This document shows, in pieces, positions 59,877 through 64,000 of a stretch of DNA of 64,000 nt (the stretch's first letter is position 1; every line of letters starts with the position of its first letter). Made by a program: the position numbers and the translations under genes. The notes below the pieces were generated by a model that saw nothing but the letters and a program-made list of their open reading frames with translations, searched no databases and had not been told where the DNA came from. This stretch comes from an uncultured Gammaproteobacteria bacterium (GTDB lineage Bacteria > Patescibacteriota > Microgenomatia > Levybacterales > GWA1-39-11): NCBI GenBank assembly GCA_964409875.1, contig CAYPEN010000004.1, positions 107,784 to 171,783 on the forward strand. The letters run 5' to 3'.

Positions 59877-60809
59877 ATGGATATAGTCGGAAAAAGAAGA
59901 ATATTTCTACTGGCATCGGCAGTGATAACTGCAATCTGTTTGTTGTCAATTATTATATTCAGATTTAAATTGTCTATAGAATTTACAGGAGGTTCAAAGC
60001 TCGAAATTGCATCTGCTGACAACAAGTCTATTAATATAAATAAAGTGAAGCAAGTGGCCTCAAATGAGAAGATAAAGATTATAACAGTTTCAAAAAACTC
60101 AAACAATGATATTCTTGTCAGAACAGATACGATAACGGATGCAAAAAAGAATGCCTTTTTGGCAAAACTTACCGATAATGGTGTTAACGTGAAAGAAAAG
60201 AGCTTTAACACTTTAGGCCCTATAATTGGCGGAGAAACAAGGAACAATGCATTCAAAGCAATAGGACTTGCAATAATTGCAATAACGCTCTATATCGCCT
60301 TTGCCTTCCGCCATGTTTCAAAACCAATTTCTTCATGGAAATTCGGAATCTCCGCAATAATTGCGCTGGTGCATGACGTATTGATTGTAGTAGGAATTTT
60401 CTCTTTGCTTGGAGAATTTATGGGGGTTGAAGTTGATACATTATTCATTACGGCAGTTCTTACCATCATGGGATTTTCAGTCCACGATACTATTGTTGTA
60501 TTTGATCGTATTCGGGAGAATTTACTTAAGAACGTGAAAAATCATTCATTCGAACAGGTGGTAAATCAAAGTTTCAATGAAACACTGGCAAGAAGTCTTA
60601 ATACTTCACTTACTGTTGTTTTGGTTCTTTTTGCACTCCTTCTTTTCGGAGGTGCAAGCATTAGGTGGTTTATTGTTGCTTTCTTAGTGGGAATAATTAC
60701 CGGAACCTATTCTTCAATTTTTATCGCGTCAGCTGTTTTGGTCGAATGGTATGATTTGAACAGGAAGGGAGTAACTCTCCAAAAAATTCTAAAAAGAAAA
60801 AAGAAATGA
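59877..60809 (+). CDS. secF: Protein translocase subunit SecF
   Basis: IEFTGG, ALVHD, GFSVHDTIVVFDRIRE, TL.RS.NTS, GTYSSIFIA. Confidence 0.96.
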   Translation: MDIVGKRRIFLLASAVITAICLLSIIIFRFKLSIEFTGGSKLEIASADNKSININKVKQVASNEKIKIITVSKNSNNDILVRTDTITDAKKNAFLAKLTDNGVNVKEKSFNTLGPIIGGETRNNAFKAIGLAIIAITLYIAFAFRHVSKPISSWKFGISAIIALVHDVLIVVGIFSLLGEFMGVEVDTLFITAVLTIMGFSVHDTIVVFDRIRENLLKNVKNHSFEQVVNQSFNETLARSLNTSLTVVLVLFALLLFGGASIRWFIVAFLVGIITGTYSSIFIASAVLVEWYDLNRKGVTLQKILKRKKK

Positions 60810-60836
60810 TTTTGTTTCTTCGTTAACAAACAAATA

Positions 60837-61271
60837 ATGTCTCAAAAAAACACAAAACAAATAGCTGTTTTTTCAGGGATAATTATCAAAGATAATAAAA
60901 TTTTACTTACCCAGCGAACCGAAGAAGAATGTCCCGATGCTCATATGAAATGGGAATTCCCGGGAGGGAAAACCGATTTTGGTGAAACTCCTGAAGAAGC
61001 TGTTAGGCGTGAAATTTTTGAAGAAACAGGAGCAATTGTAGAAGTGGAGCAGCTTATTCCTTGTGTTCAAACTAATTACTGGGAATATGCTTGGGGAACA
61101 CAACAAACATTGTGTTTTGTCTTTGTTTGTAAATTTATTGAACAAAAAGAAATAAAGAAAGATCACCACATACATGATGTTAAATGGTTTGATTTAAATG
61201 AGATTAATTACATTAAAAGTCTTCCCGGAACAAAAGAGTTTATTGAATTAGCACTGAAACTTAAGAAGTAA
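60837..61271 (+). CDS. NUDIX hydrolase (MutT-like)
   Basis: WEFPGGK...GETPEEAVRREIFEETG. Confidence 0.92.
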   Translation: MSQKNTKQIAVFSGIIIKDNKILLTQRTEEECPDAHMKWEFPGGKTDFGETPEEAVRREIFEETGAIVEVEQLIPCVQTNYWEYAWGTQQTLCFVFVCKFIEQKEIKKDHHIHDVKWFDLNEINYIKSLPGTKEFIELALKLKK

Positions 61272-61713
61272 GACGTTCCCTGACAATTGAGGATACAAAT
61301 CCACCATCGGCTTTCCCTTTCGTTTGAGGATTTAAAATTCCCATGACTTTCCCCATGTCCTGCATTGTGGAAGCACCTGACTTCGCTATTGCCTCATCTA
61401 TAAGTTTTTTTATTTCCTCTTCAGAGAGTTGCTCTGGCAAGTAAGAAGAGAGAATCTCAAGCTCTGCCTTTTCTTTATCAGCGAGTTCTTGCCGGCCACC
61501 TTTCTCAAACATTTCTATTGATTCGCGCCTTTTTTTAATTTCTCGCCCTACGACCTCGATAACATCCTCATCAGTGGCTGTATATCCTGCTCCTCCTTTT
61601 TGAATTTCGAAATATTGAAGAGCTGATTTTAGCATACGGATTGTCGAGAGTTTTTGCTCTTCATGTGCAAGCATCGCTTGTTTTAACTCTTCTTGTATTT
61701 TGTCTTTAAGCAT
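61261..61713 (-). CDS. GatB/YqeY domain protein
   Basis: KKRRESIE.F..GGR..LA.KE..E, YLPEQLSEEE, DMGKVMG, G.ADG. Confidence 0.92.
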   Translation of the reverse strand: MLKDKIQEELKQAMLAHEEQKLSTIRMLKSALQYFEIQKGGAGYTATDEDVIEVVGREIKKRRESIEMFEKGGRQELADKEKAELEILSSYLPEQLSEEEIKKLIDEAIAKSGASTMQDMGKVMGILNPQTKGKADGGFVSSIVRERLTS

Positions 61714-61727
61714 ATCTATATTATACT

Positions 61728-63092
61728 CTATTGTCTGAATTGCTCCAATCGGGTCAAGAGATATTCCCGGTTATTCTTCGATAAATCTTCATCTACTTCT
61801 GCAAATAGCTTTTGAAGAATGTCACCGACTTGCTTGCCCGGTTGAATATCTAGCAGTTTCATAACGTCATTCCCATCGATTACCATATCATTTATAGAGA
61901 AAGGAGGGTGAAGTTGTTCTTCAAGCCTCTCTTTGAATTTTTTTAGCCTCCAACTTTCTGCAGTTTGCGTTCCTCCCCCGAGCCTGTCACCTATGCGAAG
62001 GTCTATCATATCTTTAACATTTTCAACACCTACTCGTCGTATAAAACGTCTTATTGCGCTGTCGGTTATATGTTCATCAACTGTGAACATATGCCATCGG
62101 ATAAGCGTATAGATTTTCTCCTTTTGTTTATTTGATAAGTGTAGCCTTTCTGCAATTTCTTTAGCTACTTTTGCTCCAACAACCTCGTGATTATAGAAAA
62201 TAATATAGCCTTCATGATCTTTTGACGCAACATACGGTTTTCCTACGTCATGGAATAGTGCTGCAAGCCGCACTAAGGGGTCTGGTGATGGACATTCCTT
62301 CATAGATAAGAGATTGTGGGTAAATACATCGCTTGTGTGATGTCTCCCCGGTCTTGCTTGTGATACTCCTTTTCCTTTGAGAAGTTCCGGAAAAATGATA
62401 TCTAGGATACCAATTTCATCAAGCAGAACAACTCCATCATAGTAATTATTAGTAGCGAGAATTTTTAAGAACTCGTCCCGGATGCGTTCGTTGCTAACAT
62501 GCTGAATGAGGTGGGCATCTTGCTTCATTGCAGTAATTGTTTTTTCCTCAATGGTAAAACCGAGCTGCGAGGAGAATCTCACAGCCCGCATAAGCCGCAG
62601 GGCATCCTCTTTGAACCGCTCATCAGGACTTCCAACAGAACGAATTAGCTTGTTCTTTAAATCCTCTGTTCCATTAACAAGATCAATAATTTCTGTGCTG
62701 CCGTTTTCAAAAATCTTTATCGCCAGTGCATTTACTGTGAAGTCCCTCCTTTTTACATCTTCGAGAAGAGAATTGCCCCAAACAACCTCACCCGGATGTC
62801 TAAAGTCAGTGTAGCCCGACTCATTCCTAAAAGTTGTAATTTCTGCATAATTTTTATCATCGACCTGACTATCAAATTTAACTCCCACTGTGCCATATGG
62901 ATTATCACAAAATGAGTCTGGAAAAACGGTTTGTATCTGTTCAGGTGTTGCATTTGTAGTTAGGTCCCAATCGGTAACCGGAAGGTTCATGAGAATATTT
63001 CTCACACAGCCGCCCACAAGGTAAACTTCGTATCCTGCTTTTTCAAGGGTAAAATATATTTTTTTAACTTCATCATTTATTGTAAGTTGCAT
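61728..63092 (-). CDS. cca: CCA-adding tRNA nucleotidyltransferase with HD domain
   Basis: LVGGCVR, DWDLTT, EITTFR, RRDFTVNA, RF.EDALR.MRA.RF, LFHDVGKP. Confidence 0.9.
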   Translation of the reverse strand: MQLTINDEVKKIYFTLEKAGYEVYLVGGCVRNILMNLPVTDWDLTTNATPEQIQTVFPDSFCDNPYGTVGVKFDSQVDDKNYAEITTFRNESGYTDFRHPGEVVWGNSLLEDVKRRDFTVNALAIKIFENGSTEIIDLVNGTEDLKNKLIRSVGSPDERFKEDALRLMRAVRFSSQLGFTIEEKTITAMKQDAHLIQHVSNERIRDEFLKILATNNYYDGVVLLDEIGILDIIFPELLKGKGVSQARPGRHHTSDVFTHNLLSMKECPSPDPLVRLAALFHDVGKPYVASKDHEGYIIFYNHEVVGAKVAKEIAERLHLSNKQKEKIYTLIRWHMFTVDEHITDSAIRRFIRRVGVENVKDMIDLRIGDRLGGGTQTAESWRLKKFKERLEEQLHPPFSINDMVIDGNDVMKLLDIQPGKQVGDILQKLFAEVDEDLSKNNREYLLTRLEQFRQ

Positions 63093-63148
63093 ATGATATT
63101 ATGAGAGATGCAAAAAAATCTTTTAATTGAGCAAAAAAAGTATATCAC

Positions 63149-64000
63149 ATGAAACATTGGAAAATAATCTCAGAAGGTATAGTTCCAAACTCACCCGATG
63201 ATGTAATTTCGATAATTCTTAAAAATAGAAATCTTATAAAAGAAGATGATGTTACGGAATTTCTCGAAGCCGATATAGGAAAGGTTACTCTTCAATCTAT
63301 CGGAATTGAAAAAGAAGATTTTGAAAAATTCAAAGATAGGATTAATAACGCATTTAAAAAAAATGAGAAAGTAGTGATATTTGGAGATTATGATGTTGAT
63401 GGGATCTGTGCAACTGCAATTCTTTGGGAAACACTATATTCGAAGAGTAAAAATATCATTCCGTATATTCCCGATAGGGTAGATGAGGGGTACGGTCTTT
63501 CAAAAAAAGGTATTGATAATGTTTTAGAAAAAAATCCTGATATTAAGATCATAATTACGGTAGACAATGGAATAGTTGCCTATGAAGCAGTAAATTATGC
63601 GAAAGAAAAAGGCATTGATGTTATTGTTACGGACCATCATGTAAAAGGAAAAATAGAACCTCCCGCGTATTGTGTTCTTCATACAACCCAGCTTTGTGGT
63701 GCCGGTATTGCTTGGGTTATTGCAAAAGAACTTGGTTTTGAAAACCCTGGAAAAATTGATGAAAAACTCGAGCTTGCAGCTCTAGCAACAATAGCCGACC
63801 TTGTCCCTCTCACGAAGAATAATAGGGCAATTGTTAAAAAAGGAATCGAAAAATTGCGCACAACAAGACGCATCGGACTTGTTGAGCTATTAAAGGAGGC
63901 GGGGATTGACATGCAGATGCTTGGTGTGCATGCCATAGGTCATGTAATTGCTCCCCGTCTTAATGCTACCGGGAGAATCCAAAGCGCAATGAACGCACTT
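63149..64000 (+). CDS. recJ: Single-stranded DNA exonuclease RecJ (partial, runs off the window; not in ORF track)
   Basis: Translated from ATG 63149: FGDYDVDG, PDRVDEGYGL, TVDNGI, TDHH, TIADLVPL...NR, APRLNA.GR. Confidence 0.93.
   Translation, partial: MKHWKIISEGIVPNSPDDVISIILKNRNLIKEDDVTEFLEADIGKVTLQSIGIEKEDFEKFKDRINNAFKKNEKVVIFGDYDVDGICATAILWETLYSKSKNIIPYIPDRVDEGYGLSKKGIDNVLEKNPDIKIIITVDNGIVAYEAVNYAKEKGIDVIVTDHHVKGKIEPPAYCVLHTTQLCGAGIAWVIAKELGFENPGKIDEKLELAALATIADLVPLTKNNRAIVKKGIEKLRTTRRIGLVELLKEAGIDMQMLGVHAIGHVIAPRLNATGRIQSAMNAL

Overview
A gene-dense, low-GC 64-kb stretch of core bacterial chromosome. Gene content and sequence style suggest a Patescibacteria/CPR (Microgenomates-like) genome; this is inference from the class I LysRS, anchor-less RNase Y, mini-TsaB, rarity of Shine-Dalgarno motifs and many Pro/Thr-rich surface proteins. 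RF2 is present and TGA is used as a stop. Housekeeping genes include rny, HU, miaA, RNase P RNA, a UvrD-nuclease fusion, rmuC, topA, tsaD/E/C/B, ddl, greA, lysS, serS, secA, prfB, ftsEX, secDF, cca and a partial recJ. A 13-kb nucleotide-sugar/glycosylation cluster lies at 42.0-55.5 kb. I found no tRNA, rRNA, CRISPR array, transposase, integrase or prophage. The most unusual signals are mostly non-coding. (1) Four scars duplicate 17-31 bp of a gene terminus (rnpB, secA, a CAP gene, uxs) around a small hairpin-bearing spacer. (2) A 33-aa Lys/Ala/Pro histone-H1-like microprotein gene, absent from the ORF track, has a perfect RBS. (3) The rny leader is structured and shares a palindromic motif with the HU 3' region. 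(4) The greA leader contains a terminator. (5) A 64-bp palindrome carries outward-facing -10 boxes. (6) Many genes have leaderless promoter architecture. Protein-level oddities include FtsEX paired with a C39-like peptidase and an SGNH protein lacking its catalytic residues. All family calls come from motif recognition by eye, without database searches.
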